A program made the translations under genes and the position numbers. From the human T2T-CHM13v2.0 reference genome, Homo sapiens: a stretch of 64,000 nt of DNA. Shown one piece after another: positions 21,986-36,821 of this stretch. The notes beneath the pieces were generated by a model that searched no databases, was not told the DNA's origin, and worked only from the letters and a program-made list of their open reading frames with translations. The first letter of the stretch is position 1, and every line of letters starts with the position of its first letter. The DNA lies in NCBI RefSeq assembly GCF_009914755.1, contig NC_060933.1, one strand, 5' to 3'.

Positions 21986-24681
21986 CACTTAATGAATATG
22001 TTTTTGAAATTTTAACATCTAACATGAAAAATCACTCCAGTGCCCACCAATTAATACATGGATTTCATTGACAGGGGTCTCTCTTCTTGTGTTCTGTGAC
22101 TAGGATGTCTTGAGCATAATCCTAAACTTTTCATTTTCCCCCAGAAAAATGGACTCCAAAACAACCATTTTTAAGTTTCCCATCTCCTGCTTTCCCTGCC
22201 GCCAAATAAATGAACAAATCTCAATCTGAGTAAATCTCAGGAGTTAACAATTGGTAAGAAATGTATCTCAGAAAAATGGTGATTAGAATCATGAAATGAA
22301 GCTTGTTAAATGTGTTTTGAGCCCGTTGGAATGCAGGAGTTTTATAAAATACAAGATGGTATTGTTTTCCCCCGAATGTGGGTGCCTCCATGAGTTGTAC
22401 TGTCGACAGGTTTACATTTTACAGCAGTATGTGAATAGCATGAAAAAAAACAAAACCATCTGTAATGTATCTAGGGTTCTTTTCCAATAAGTGTATTTTT
22501 CGATTATAAGGAGCATTAAAGTCACATTATAGAAAATTTGGAAAATAAAGAAAAGAACAGAGGAATCATCTATAATTATTCAACTCCTAAAATAACCACT
22601 ATTAAAATGTTGATGTATTTCTTTTTAGTGTATTTCACTTGGTATATTCTCGATTTTCAACAACAGTTTTGTCATTGAACATTAAATCTAATACTTATAT
22701 GATTCCTTTTGAAATTAGAAGTTGTTTTGTGATAAATGTCTTTATGGCTGCAGGCTTTGGGGGGAAATCGTAGGTTCTTGCATTTAAATGACTTTGAACT
22801 TAATGATGTGTTGTGCCTTAAAGCAAACAATAGGGAAATTATATTTTCAGCATCTAGAGTTGTTTGTGTTACACTCCGAAGCCACTTCTTTTTTTCCAGC
22901 TTTTAATCCCCTAGAGTACTTGAAGGAGCAGAACTATGAGAAGCAACACCACACTAATTTAGTTTTCATGCAGAGAAAGACTCTAGTGCTGGATTCAGAT
23001 ATTTTTGTGAGCAAATAAAAATCTCCGGAGACTTTGTAGCTTAGTGAATAAAGGATTGGCCTCCAACCAAACCCAACTAAATGAATTTGGTGGTCTCAGC
23101 TGAGTTTCCAGCAAGTTTTAGCCTGCATTACAAATTCATCACGCACAATTATGTGCAATTTGGCACAACTTCCAATCCCTGCTTAGTAGAGGCCCTCTGT
23201 TTGGGACAGAAGGGGAGCATAAAATACTTCTTGTGCCTAGAGGGAGCAGTTCTCTTAGGTCAAGGTTGTGTTACATATGGAAAGGGATGGGGTAGAAGTG
23301 TTGTCAAGCACAAAGAATCTAGGAATATGTGGGTACTGAACATTAGTTGTGTTTACCATTTGAAATTTCTCACTGTAAGGATCTTCATTCAAACAGAAGA
23401 TGACAGTTCTGACACCAGTGGGCACATAGATTCTCTCCCAGCTAAAACTGGAACAGGTGAGTTAAGATCCATACAATTTTGTTCTCACCTAACACTGGAA
23501 TATAGAGCAGAATGCAAAAGCAGTTTAGAACGTAGTTGGAAAAAAAACTCAGACCTGATGAAGTGCCTAATATGTTGGAACAAATATATTAGGAATCTCT
23601 AGAAATATCACATATGTCTAGTATTGCAGTAATGCAGAATAATTGTTTGATTGAACATAGGCCAACTCAGGAAATGAAAATTTTAGCAATTAACTTACTT
23701 TCCATGGTCCATTCTTCTTACATTCCATATATTCAACTTGGGTTTGTTTTAATTATTTGGAGAGAAGTATATTGAATAGCTGAGTGTTCCTTGCTTTGTG
23801 TTCTAGTTCTTAAGGAGCTGGCATTTTGCTGGCAGTTCACTCTGCATAAGATGAAATGTATAGATTCCAAAACATACAATCCATAATCAGAGATCGGACC
23901 GTGAAGCACCATCAAATGTCATGCATTTTCTAGGTCTGGGTAGCAAGGTAAAGCCAGTCTGTGAGAGGTGCTAATTGATAAATCAAGATTTCCTTCTCTG
24001 AATGAGTCTTTCATCAGTGTCTAATTTAACCAGTATTCTGGTTATTAACCGGAATACTGAGACTAGAGTTTGCTGTTAGTTAGGCAAAACCTAAAATAGC
24101 CTCTGCTGATTGCATTATCAATAATTGAAACTTAATTGAAGGCAACAAACTGTTGATTTCTCTAACAGAGCAAAGAAATCCAACCAAGTAGCCAAAGGAA
24201 AATAACCCAGATAAGCATAAGGTTGACATTTCAACTCTTATTCCAAAAAACACTGGCATGGATATTAAACAGATTGTCTTTCTAATTTAGAACAAAAGGA
24301 CTCAAGCTAGCCAAGAGGGCAGAAGCTGATATCAGAACTTCCTCTTTCAGTTTCACACCTAAAAGTGTTATGGGAGACAAAGCAACTGACGATGGAACCA
24401 GAAATATCCCAAGGCAGTTGGTGGAGTGGCAGCTCTAGCCTTCTCTTTCCCTGGGAAAAGTTAGTACCTTTCTGTCTAGATGAGGTGTTGACTGAGGGAC
24501 CCACACCACTCCCACCAGCTAACCTATCAGGCATCCTGCCACAAATTGTTGGCCATGGCTACTGTGATTCTTCTGAGGTCTCTCCTAAGTAAACAATCAT
24601 AAACTCAGTTGTGTAGGCAATCCAATTTCTCATTTGCCTATTATAAGCCGACCAGCGTATACAGGATTTAACTAATTCTTT

Positions 24682-24890
24682 GGGAGACAGCATGGAAAGA
24701 ACTTGGGCTTAGAAGTCAGATTAATGTTCAGTTTTGCCTTGCCTCTTCTAAGCTGTGTGACCTTAAGTTAAATTATTTAACTTTTTGTGGTTTGGTTTGT
24801 TCATTCTTAAAATAGGAATAGATAATTCCTTACATTTTTAGTGAAGAATGCTTATAAACCACTTAACATAGAACTTGGCACACAATTGTA
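24682..24890 (+). mobile_element. MIR SINE
   Basis: tgggcttagaagtcaga...agctgtgtgaccttaag...ttatttaac...cttggcaca. Confidence 0.7.
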
Positions 24891-25902
24891 GGTATTACAG
24901 ATGAACTTTTAAATCTTGCTATGGTACTTATGGTGAGTCCATGATATATAAAGGCAATAATACATAACAAAGCCCTTCTGATTAATGCTTGAGGAAGGGG
25001 AAAATCAGAGCTGACAACTCCTCCTTTCTAACATGTTACATCCTCAAGTAATACCTAGCTGCTTTGGTTCAAGAACAAATGAGAGAGGGAAATTAAAGGA
25101 GGAAGAGGTGAAGAATGAAACAAGCAAGATAAAGAGACTGCAGAGGTGCCTCCTAGAAACCCTTGATAGAGGAGAAGCAGGATTAAGACCACTAGAAATA
25201 GAGGAAGGAACATAGTTTCTAGCAACATGGTGTAAGCCTCCTAGACACAGAACACGTGAAGATACTGAAAAAAAAATTCAAATCACATTTTTTAATGCAA
25301 GTCTAAGCTGGAAATTAAAAGAAATTCCTAGAGGCAAAAATGAAGAGAAAGAGTGAATCTATCAGGGAAACGCTGAGCTGGAGTCCACTGCCAAGCCCTG
25401 CTAGCCTTATATTACCGGGACAAGAGACAGTGCCTAAGAGCCATGGATGAGTAGGAGGTCAGAGTGGAGACTCCTTCATAAGGCTGCAAAACCTCCCACT
25501 CAACCAAATAGCAGTACACTCAGTGAGAAAAACCACCTGGCAGAGGAACATCCTAATCTTCCTTGTCTTTACCATGACTCTGAATAGAAAAATTCTCTAT
25601 AGGATGGCTATTCTCAAACACAGGTTTGAGGATCCCTAAAAAACTCAGGCGACAATTTTGGTTAAATTGTGTCCATGTTGATAATGCCTCAGGGGTAGAA
25701 GCAAACCCCAATTCTCTCTCAGACAATATAGTTTAATCCCTTAGCTTAAAGAATTCCCAGAGAAAACTCCAAGAGACACGAGTTCTTAACCAAACTCACT
25801 AAACCTGTGGAAGCCTTCATGAGGTCCAATCAGTAAAAACAATAACCTATATAAACAGACCCTCACAGAATATTGGAATTACCAGATACAGAATAACATG
25901 CC

Positions 25903-26308
25903 TGTATTAGGTCATTCTTGTACTGCTATAAAGAAATACCTGTGACTGGGTAATTTATAAAGAAAAGAGGTTTAATTGGCTCACAGTTCTGCAGGCTGTA
26001 CAAGAAGCATACTAGCTTCTGCGTCTTGGGAGGCCTCAGGAAAGTTACAATCATGGGGGAAGGTGAAGGGCAAACAGGCAGGTCACACATGGCTGGAGCA
26101 GGAGGGAGAGAGGGAGTGGGGAGGTGCCACACACTTTTGAACAACCAGACCTCACAATAACTCACTATGCAGTACCAAAGCGGGTACTAAACCATTCATC
26201 AGAACTCCGCCCCCATGATCCAATAACCTCCCACCAGGCCCCACCTCCAACACCGGGGATTACAATTTGACATGAGATTGAGTGGGGACACAGAACCAAA
26301 CCATATCA
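25903..26308 (-). mobile_element. MST (A/B-like) MaLR solo LTR
   Basis: TGTATTAG...CCAAACCATATCA termini; TSD ATGCC / GTGCC (1 mismatch). Confidence 0.93.
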
Positions 26309-26313
26309 GTGCC

Positions 26314-26860
26314 CATATCCCATGACCCAGATGATGTACCCTATATAGGGTCTGGCATATGCTCCCGGAGATAATGTACAAGAATATTCACAGCAGCAAC
26401 TTTCTTAGTAGCTCCAAACCATAACCAACCTAAATTTCCACCAATAGTAGACTAGATAAGCAAATTGTAGCATGTATTTTCAATGGAATACTTACCATTG
26501 AAGCCCATACAAATTAGTGAATTATAGATGTACTTATCGACATCATCAAAAACATCCAGGAATAAAAGGGAAGTAACAGATACTTATACCAAGTATGTTT
26601 CCATTAATAACAATTCAAAAGCAGCACACTCTTTAGAGATGCATTCATATGTAGAAAAACTATATGTAAAAAAATCAACAAAGCAAAGGATTGATTAACA
26701 CAAAATTCAGTATAGTAGATACCTCAGAGTAGAGAGGACTCTGAGGCTGAAGGAAGGTACACAGGTGTTCATTTTTTAAAACTTTATTCAGACTGTCATG
26801 CACATCATATATATTCTTTGGATATATGGCAATTCCACAGTAATAAGCAAATAAAAGCAG
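26314..26860 (+). mobile_element. Ancient L1ME-type 3' region
   Basis: tgtacaagaatattcacagcagca...caacctaaatttccaccaatagtaga...caatggaatact. Confidence 0.65.
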
Positions 26861-26996
26861 GAATTAGAAGAAAAGGGAAAGAGGAACAAGAGCAGTTTTT
26901 TAGGCTAGGGTGAATTGAAGGGAAAAATTGGGAGATCCTAAAGTGGAAAAGGGAAAAGAGTGTGAGAGAAAGAAAATGGGGGAGCACGATTTACGG

Positions 26997-27332
26997 CAGG
27001 GGTGTCCATCCCCCGGGCTGTGGACTGGTACCTATCTGTGGCCTGTTAGGAACTGGGCCACAAAACAGGAGGGGAGCAGCTGGGGAGCCAGAATTACTGC
27101 CTGAGTTCCGCCTGCTGTCAGATCAGCAGTGGCATCAGATTCTTACAGGAGTGTGAACCCTATTGTGAACTGCACATGGGAGGGAGCTGGGTTGTGTGCT
27201 CCTTATGAGAATCTAATGCCTGATGATTTGAGATGGAACAGTTTCATTCCCAAACCTCTCGCCTGCCCTGTCCATGGAAAAATTGTCTTTCACGAAACCA
27301 GTCTCTGGTGACAAAAAGGTTGGGGACCACTG
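26997..27332 (+). mobile_element. MER1B hAT-Charlie DNA transposon
   Basis: CAGGGG...GGTTGGGGACCACTG termini; internal gtcagatcagcagtggcatcagattct and ccttatgagaatctaatgcctgatgat. Confidence 0.92.
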
Positions 27333-27900
27333 TATTTTGAGTGTAATCTCCCTTTGGCTTTTTTTTTGAGAAATAGTAATAATGATATAATCTACTTTTT
27401 ATTTATTTTTGGGTGCTGGAGTGAGGTTCCTTTGAATGCAACGAAACATAAACAAGGCAGTTCAATTTATATGGGTTTATGCACATAAACCCATATGAAT
27501 TTATATGGTCTATACAGCCTTTCTTTTTTGTGTTTGTATTTGCTTATACAAGTTTTTCATAGCAGAAAAAGATTGAGCGTGCATCAGCTTCCTTATATAC
27601 ATAGGCTGAAGTCATCTCGGTGCTACCTCGTGTGCCTTGGGTTATTTTTACCCTGTTTCTGTTCCCCTTTCTTTCATTTGTCCCATATACTATAATCCTC
27701 ATTTATGTGTACATTTGTAAGCATCATCATATACTGCTTTCTCATTTTTGGGACACACAGGTTTTTATATCATAAAACCTCTTTGGAAAGTTGGTGGCAT
27801 TTCATAATCAGCCTGTATATTCATTGTGGTATGTTAATATTATTTTCTTTTCCAACAAAAACACTATTATTTAAATGGATAGTGCCTCTGAAATCACCAA

Positions 27901-28163
27901 TTTTTTTTTTTTTTTTTTTTTTTAAGACAGAGTCTCAGTCTGTCACCCAGGCTGGAGTGCAGTGGCACCATCTCAGCTCACTGCAACCTCTGCCTCCCGA
28001 GTAGCTGGGATTACAGGTACCTGCCACCATTCCCGGCTAATTTTTGTATTTTTAGTAGAGACACCAATGGCCAGGCTGGTCTCAAACTCCTGACCTCAGG
28101 TAATCCACCTGCCTTGGCCTCCCACAGTGCTGGGAGTACTGGCATGAGCCGCCACATGCAGCC
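27901..28163 (-). mobile_element. AluS with two internal deletions
   Basis: Poly(T) plus Alu body; about 31 nt lost between gcctccc repeats, and ggggtttc lost; ATCACCAA on both flanks. Confidence 0.92.
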
Positions 28164-28829
28164 CCATCACCAACCATTTAAAGTGAAAAGAATATGAAAA
28201 TAAATACTTATCTCTTACTCTTTTTGTCTCATTAAAGTGCATTCTCATTCAAGGCAAATTCATTTCCCCTCCCCTGAGCTCGCCAAGTATTTAAATAGTA
28301 ACATTTCCTCATATCAACTGCTCTTGCTGCCTTTTTCTTCTTTAACTCTGTTTTTTCTACACTACCTAGAAAACGTGTATTTTTCCACCTACCAAAGTAA
28401 TCTGCCCATTTAATGGTTCCTAGCAATGTCCAAGTTGACAAAGGTTATAGCCAAAAAATAACTGTGACAAGACACATGTAAATATAAGGTTTTATTTAAA
28501 ACAAATCTAAGATACAATTCCCAGGAATGCATGAAATTTATGCTTTTTCACTTATAATGGACCATAAGAATTTAGTTACTGGAATTAAAATATTTCAGAT
28601 AAGTGAATCTTTTAGATAACAGAAGATAAGATTTTTTTTTTTTCAGGGACATTTCATGACATAATGGAAAGAAATGGAATTATGGCATGAAAATATCTTC
28701 CTGGGTCTAAGCCCTAGGGTTGCCATTTGCTAGCTGTGAAACTGGGAAAGCCAAAACTTCTAAGTCTGTTTTTGAATCTCTAATACTATTTTAAGACACT
28801 GATAATAGAAATAATTTAATATACTATGT

Positions 28830-29065
28830 ATAAATATATATATATGATAGCTATGAGGTACTAGCCACTGTTGTTCTAAGCACTTTACATATTCTAATTC
28901 AACCCTCAAAATAACTTTATGAGCTACATACTATTATTATCACCATTTTGAACAGTGGCGGAAAGTTAGGAACAAAGAGACTAAGTAACTTTTAGGCACA
29001 GAATTACACATTTATCGGCACAGAGTTACACATTCAGTGTCAGAGCCAGGTTTTGAATCCAGGCA
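28830..29065 (-). mobile_element. MIR SINE
   Basis: ttctaagcactttacat...ctattattatcaccatttt...gtcagagccaggttttgaatccaggc. Confidence 0.7.
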
Positions 29066-29132
29066 ACGGATGGGTGGATGGATGGGCGGGCAGGTGGGCA
29101 GTCAGACATAGCTCTGAAGATGAAGGAGTCTT

Positions 29133-29469
<337 letters not shown>

Positions 29470-29749
29470 GAGGGAGTCTTTTAAAAGTGTATCACATGCT
29501 TTCTGGCCTCATCAATATGAAACATCAGTTAACCTTTTATTGCCACTACACGACTTTCACCATGAGCACATGTTAAAACACACTGCTGTACCAGAGTGAT
29601 GCTCCCATGCTGACTGCTGTGGTAACAGGGCATGCCTTTGTAGAGATGCCTGCGGTCCATGACTGGGACAAAAGGCAGTAGAACTCATACTTGTTGCATA
29701 AGTACAGCATGTACGGCCATTTTCCTGCATATTTTATTTAGACAGATTT

Positions 29750-29900
29750 TTTTGTCACCATCTTACAGAAGAGGAAATTGACTCAAAGAGGGCAAGTGAT
29801 TTGCCCAGTGTCTCACAACTCTTAGACAGTAGTGGCAGGATTGGAGTGTAGAATAGTCTGCCTCCAAAGTTTGCCTGCATTCTTTATGCTCACATGCTGC
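29750..29900 (-). mobile_element. MIR SINE fragment
   Basis: ttacagaagaggaaattgactcaaagagggcaagtgatttgcccagtgtctcaca. Confidence 0.7.
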
Positions 29901-30610
29901 CTTTAAAGTTTTTTATGTTATTTTTAATGGGCAATCACAATTGTATCACATGCTGCCTTCTGTGGTGAGGTTAGAACCATCATCCTGGATGGTGAATATG
30001 TTTGATCAGTTTATAAGCCCATGTTATGATCATTTCAGTAACATTCATTTACTGCAGATATGTAAAAATTGTAGACATCAAGTAATGAAAAAATAATCAC
30101 CACTGAGATTTTAGGGCACTACTATTTTCTCCAGGATTTTGTGAGGAAAGTATAAAACATGGTAGTTCACAGATGGTTCAAACTGATATGTGTTCTTTAT
30201 ACTTTGCCTCCTGATTAACTTTGTTTATACCCAGAATGAGGATTCCATTCTAGAGTTACTGTTCTTCACTTGCAGATGTGTCTAAATATGTCAATGAAAG
30301 GAACTGGAACTGTGTAATGTTATAGGGTAGTATTGAAACTGATCTATTAACTATAGTTTATATAGAAAAAAAGTTGGCTAATGTAATCCTTTTTAAAAGA
30401 GATTTCATGTTTTAAGAAAAGCTCATACTTCACTAGATATAGCATAGGCTCTTGAATTAGAGTTCTTTAGTTGAACTCACAACTCGACCTCACAGCTCTC
30501 TAGTTGTGAGATCTCAAGCAAATTAATTAGCCTTACTAAATCTTAGTTTTCTTGTCTGTAAAATGGATATCACAATTGTATCTATATCATATGATTGTTG
30601 TTAATTCAAG

Positions 30611-31720
<1,110 letters not shown>

Positions 31721-32483
31721 TTTTTGTTTTAAAATGACACAACCTACGTAAAGCACTTAGCAGGGTGCCTCATGCACGCCAATGGCTCAATAAATGATAG
31801 CTGTTCATATTTGTATTGATAGCGTTGGTAACAGAAATTGTTATAGCCTTCATTTTATTTATCATTACTTATATATCTAAGCAGTATGTCCCCTTTTGGG
31901 TTGTGTGTGTATTTCATACATAAATAAGGTATGTTTGTAGAGCGTCTTTTTTTTTTTTTTTTTTAAGAAAGAAAGCACAGCTCTTTCCTATCATTCCAGC
32001 AATGCCAATTATGAGCCAGGCACAACTTTCTAACTAATTGGATGTAGATGAACACAATTGATATTACCCTTGCTTTTTTTCAGATAGAGAAATTGAGGTA
32101 CATAATCCCAGGTGTTCATCTCAAATTATAAATTAGCATACAAATTGAGGGAAGTGTTGATGTATAAATATTCTAGATGTAGTCATTTTAAATTATATTG
32201 CCTTTTGGTCTGATTGTTACAAGACGCTGCCTTGAAAGCCATTGTTTAAGAGAGTAAAAGCTTTTTATTGGAATTCTTGTGACCTTCATATCCAATTATT
32301 TTTTTAATTGCTATATTTGAGTAACAACATATCTCAATTTAAAAACTAAATTCTTGCTTTAAGTAATACATGGATTCAGATAGAATAAGTCCTTAGTTTT
32401 TGTAATACTTATACAATTTTTATTCATGTTCTGATGCTTTGTTTTTTGAGCCATATGTGTGTATATGCATTATCTACTCTGAC

Positions 32484-32630
32484 CTGGTTTAAAGATCTTG
32501 AATCAAGTTTGCTTTTTGATATAAAGTTCAGCATAGCTATCATGCATTCCATCATTAGAATAATACATTCTGATAAAACACCAAGTGTCTGTCTCCTGCA
32601 GTTTGGTATTTTAATAAGGGTGGAGTACAT
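32484..32630 (-). other. Candidate 147-nt exon
   Basis: Acceptor gtttcag|ATG, donor CAG|gtcaga; 49 open codons in frame 0; weak polypyrimidine tract. Confidence 0.2.
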
Positions 32631-33609
32631 CTGAAACTTATATCACATTGCAAGCTGCATATATTGCCAAACCTTAAAAACACACTAGACACAAGAGGGA
32701 GGTCTTTCTTTTTAATGGAATCTGATATTATCTGAGTTGTTACACTTAGGTTTACTGGGTATTTTTATTTCTTTATAAATATATGTTTGCTAAAGCATAA
32801 TAGTTTTATTATTGTGATAGGTTTATGTATTTCTTTGAACATATATTGTTAAACACAAAAGGATAGTAAAGTTATATCGAATAGGGTTTTAGAAGCATGA
32901 AATACATGCCCCTAAAAATTTATCAACTTTTTTTATGATGAATTTTTATGATGAATTTTGGAAAATGCATTTCACAATCACAAATAAATGTGGGCATTAG
33001 GATGTGAGGAGGCAAATCTTATTCTAGTTTAGAATCTCTCTCTGCTGCCAGATGTGGCTTTTGACAAAACCCAGAGAGCTTGAAGGGTAGATATGTTACA
33101 TAAATAAAACGAAGTTTCTTCCCTACAAGGGCTCTGGGCTCAGCTCTGATGTTAGATCTCTGAACGTGCTTTCTCACCATCAGGCACCACAATGGGGATA
33201 ATGTTCCAGGTAATTCTAACACAGGCAAAATAGCCTGTTTTATTATAAAATAAATTTTGCATTCCAGACAACAGAAATTTTTAATTAATACAAGATTTGG
33301 CTTGAATAGCAAAGAGACTTGAAAGTCAATAGCAAATCCTTCAACTGCACTTCCTCAATGACTGATTTAGAGAGCAAAATCTGAGAGCTTAGAGGTAGCA
33401 AAATAAAATTTGTCTACCGTACAGCACTTAAAACAAGAGGGAATACATAACAAAGTAACCTAGAAACTGACTTAGAAAATGCAGCTCTCAGGTCTAGGTA
33501 GTACCAGCAAGAAAATCAATAAATGTCTTCATTAGGGTTTGGAGAAGAGAGGCCTGGGGAAGGATACGAATGAGTAACCAGAAAGGTAATCGCATGCCGT
33601 GACTGGGAT

Positions 33610-33840
33610 TCTTTTGGAATAATGGGAACAGCACTTTGCAGTTTACAAAGACCTTTAAGATAACTATCTCATTTGATTGCCATGACCACCTTATGAGAAG
33701 TACAGAAAGAATCATCTACATTTCATAGCAGATCAAAAACTAAGGGAGAAGGAGGGGACAGAGGCTTCCCCAAGGTCTTAATAATGGGCTTGAACTGAGG
33801 TCTTCAGACCCCTAGTTCAGGCTCTTTCCATTACTACACA
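33610..33840 (-). mobile_element. MIR SINE
   Basis: agcactttgcagtttacaaag...tctcatttgatt...cttccccaaggtc...gctctttccattac. Confidence 0.65.
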
Positions 33841-35254
33841 ACCAAATTCCAAATTTCACAAGTCTAATTTTTCCTAAATTTAATGTGTGTTCACGAACAT
33901 TATAAAAATACATAATCGCTAAGCTCTATCATCAGGGTCTTTTGGTTTGGCTCTTAATTGAAGGCTTGCTCCCATCTATCGTAGAGATAATACAGTATTG
34001 AAGGCTTTGGTTACATGTGGGGCTCTCTAAAATATATGCTTTCTGTATACCTAACCACTTCCTGATTCCAGATTGAAATATGGGACAAATCATAATAAAA
34101 TAATAACCATAGCAAAAATAACACTAAATGGGACAAAGCAACAAACTATGGAATCATCTCACTTCCTCACTTATTCACAATGCTTGGGCTGAAGCCACAC
34201 CATAAAGAAGATTCTGTCCTGGGCATATTATAACTCCTAAAGTGAGAGTGAGGCTGGTATCAGGGAAAGCCTGAAGGAGGCTAGCCGCATGATCCTTAGG
34301 GAATCCCTTACCTTTTGGAACTTCCTGCTATAATTTCTAAAATTATAGGTTTAAGTTGGATTATTTCTGGAGTCTATTCCCATCCAACTCTATGATTTAA
34401 TTACTCTTAGTTGACCTTCTCAGTCCCCAGAAGTCTGATCGTTAATCCTTATGTCACAAAATAACCTATGAATTAATTGTCCCAGCTGACATTTATTGAG
34501 AATTTATTCTAGGCTGATCACAAGCCAAAGAGCTTTCCACTTTTCTGTGAGGTCATCTGGAATTTAACCTATTTATAAATGTGAAAAAAATGTGGCATCA
34601 TTTAATGAAATTACTTAATCCTGATTATAAGCCAACCACTCTGCTGGATGGGTAGCGCCTTATAATATTCCAGTCATCTTTTGGTTTACAACAATCTTTT
34701 CATATCATCTTTTCTCCCTTTTTTTCTTCCTAAGGTGGCATCTGGATGCAGATTGGTTTGGCTCTGCCCTCGGAAGTTAGGAGTCATAAATTTGCAAACT
34801 GATTCTCCTCTCCCATTGTCCTCTGGGGTAGTAATACCTTCCATTATCTGCCAACAGGGGCTCTTCTAAACCCAATGGAGATTTTGGAGATCTACACTTG
34901 ACACCACTGCCAACATCCAGCAGCCTAACCATGCCACACCAAAGAGTTTACTCAGCTGCACATTCCCCAGGCTAATACAAAGGACATAGCATTGTCCCAT
35001 TCTAGAGTGCCAAGTTACAAACAGGGCAAAATCTCCCTACTTTGGTCTTTCCTGCTACCCATAGCATTCTCCCTCTAGGATTTTCACCTAGCTACTAGGA
35101 GCAATAGGGAATGCCATGACACACATATCTCCCCACCTGTATCTCCTACCACTGTCCCCAGCTCCCCATAATCTCCAAGTCCTGAAAGGGATGATAGTAG
35201 CCAGCATGTATTGGGCAGTTATCATAGACTAGGAACTGGGCTAGGAACTTTCCA

Positions 35255-35427
35255 TCTGGGGAGCTTTCTGCTACACCTCAGAATCACCTGAGGAGTTTCA
35301 AAATCATAAACAACCAGCCTTACCCAAGGAGATTCTGACTTAATTGGACTTGTGTATGGCCTGGGCATCAGCAATTTTAAAAGCTATCCAAATGAGCCTA
35401 ATAGGCAGCACAGATTTGGAACCCCTT
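35255..35427. mobile_element. MER5A-like hAT-Charlie element
   Basis: cagaatcacctgaggag...agattctgacttaattgg...ggcctgggcatcagcaattttaaaagct. Confidence 0.75.
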
Positions 35428-35554
35428 ACCTTTGCTAATGCCTACTCTTTTTTGCCCTAGCATTTGCCCTGGTCCTTCCTTGGAGCCGTAAAGAAAGGTG
35501 CAGTTCTGAAAGAGAGATACTGACTTACCAATAGGGGACTATGCATTGACAGAT

Positions 35555-35888
35555 ATTTTATTTTATTTATATTTATTTAATTTTTTTTAATTTTTTTTTT
35601 ATTTTTTGGGATGGGGTCTCACTCTGTCACCCAGCAATTGTACAGTGGTGCAGTCACCACTGTCTGCAGCCTTAATTTCTCAGGCTTGAGCGATCCCCCA
35701 ACCTCAGCCTCCAAGTAGCTGGGAATACAGATTTGCACCACCTCACCTGGCTAATTTTTGTATTTGTTGGAGAGATAGGTTTTTGCCATGTTGCCCAGGC
35801 TGGTCTCTTAACTCCTGGGCTCAAGTAATCCTCCTGTCTCAGCCTCCCAAAATGCTAGGATTACAAGCATGAGTTACCACGCTTGGCC
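35555..35888 (-). mobile_element. AluJ, full length, diverged
   Basis: Dimer with ctcctgggctcaag; TGACAGAT on both flanks. Confidence 0.92.
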
Positions 35889-36587
35889 TGACAGATTTTT
35901 CTTTTTTAAACATTATTCCTGTTTCACCTACAAAACACACTTACTCCTTAAAGCAAACGCATTGTACAAATGAGTGGGATTCTATTCAGCCTCACCTGTC
36001 TACATGACCTAATGGTTTTAAAAAGCAGTAGGCTTGTCCATTTATTAGATGCACTAAAGAAGAAAATAGTATCAGTCACCTATCAACCACCCCTCTCCAT
36101 TTTCATATCACTTATGCCAGGGCTAGATGTTCAACTGCTGGGGGATTATCCCCCTTGGATGAATGGAGCTGACAATGGTTAATAATAGTCAGTCTTTTGG
36201 GACTATGATTTGAATACTCTAGATACCTGTCAATTGTTTCCTAGATACCTGTCACTGGCATGGGTACCTTCGGTAGCTTTCAGGGCACTGGGAAACATCT
36301 TGCTCACTTCAAAGTAAAGGGATCAGCCTGGATCACCAGATACCCATCATATAGACAAGAAGAATGTGCCAGCCATAGTACACTCACTCCTGACCAGAGC
36401 TGAGACAACTCATGGAGCTCTTCCTCAGTTCCGCATTAGGAGAAATGAACTATTCTGATAGAGAATAGCCCTTACTGGTTCATTTATTCTAAGGCTGTTA
36501 CATTAGAGGAAAGAGCCAGTCATTGTTTTTCTATGGATTATTACCTCAGTCATATCCTGTAACTGATTACTGGTGGGCTAATTACTA

Positions 36588-36655
36588 TTTTTTTTATTTT
36601 ATTTATTTTATATTATACTTTAAGTTCTAGGGTACATGTGCACAACGTTCAGGTT
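36588..36655 (-). mobile_element. Very short young L1PA 3' end
   Basis: T-rich tail plus tattatactttaagttctagggtacatgtgcacaacgttcaggttt. Confidence 0.88.
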
Positions 36656-36821
36656 TTTGGGCTTTACCTGCCTTAGGTAGACAAAATATAGAAGTATGTA
36701 AAGGTACATCATTTTTTTTGTCTGATTTGTGCTGACAAATACAAGTTTATTTTAAATTCATTATACACGATCAAACAAAAATGTACTAACTTCACAACAT
36801 ATTTAGTATGACTCCTCCTTC

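Noticed and set aside
23081-23602. 173-aa plus-strand ORF
   Set aside because: No recognisable domain, promoter or coding-like composition; a length reachable by chance in 64 kb
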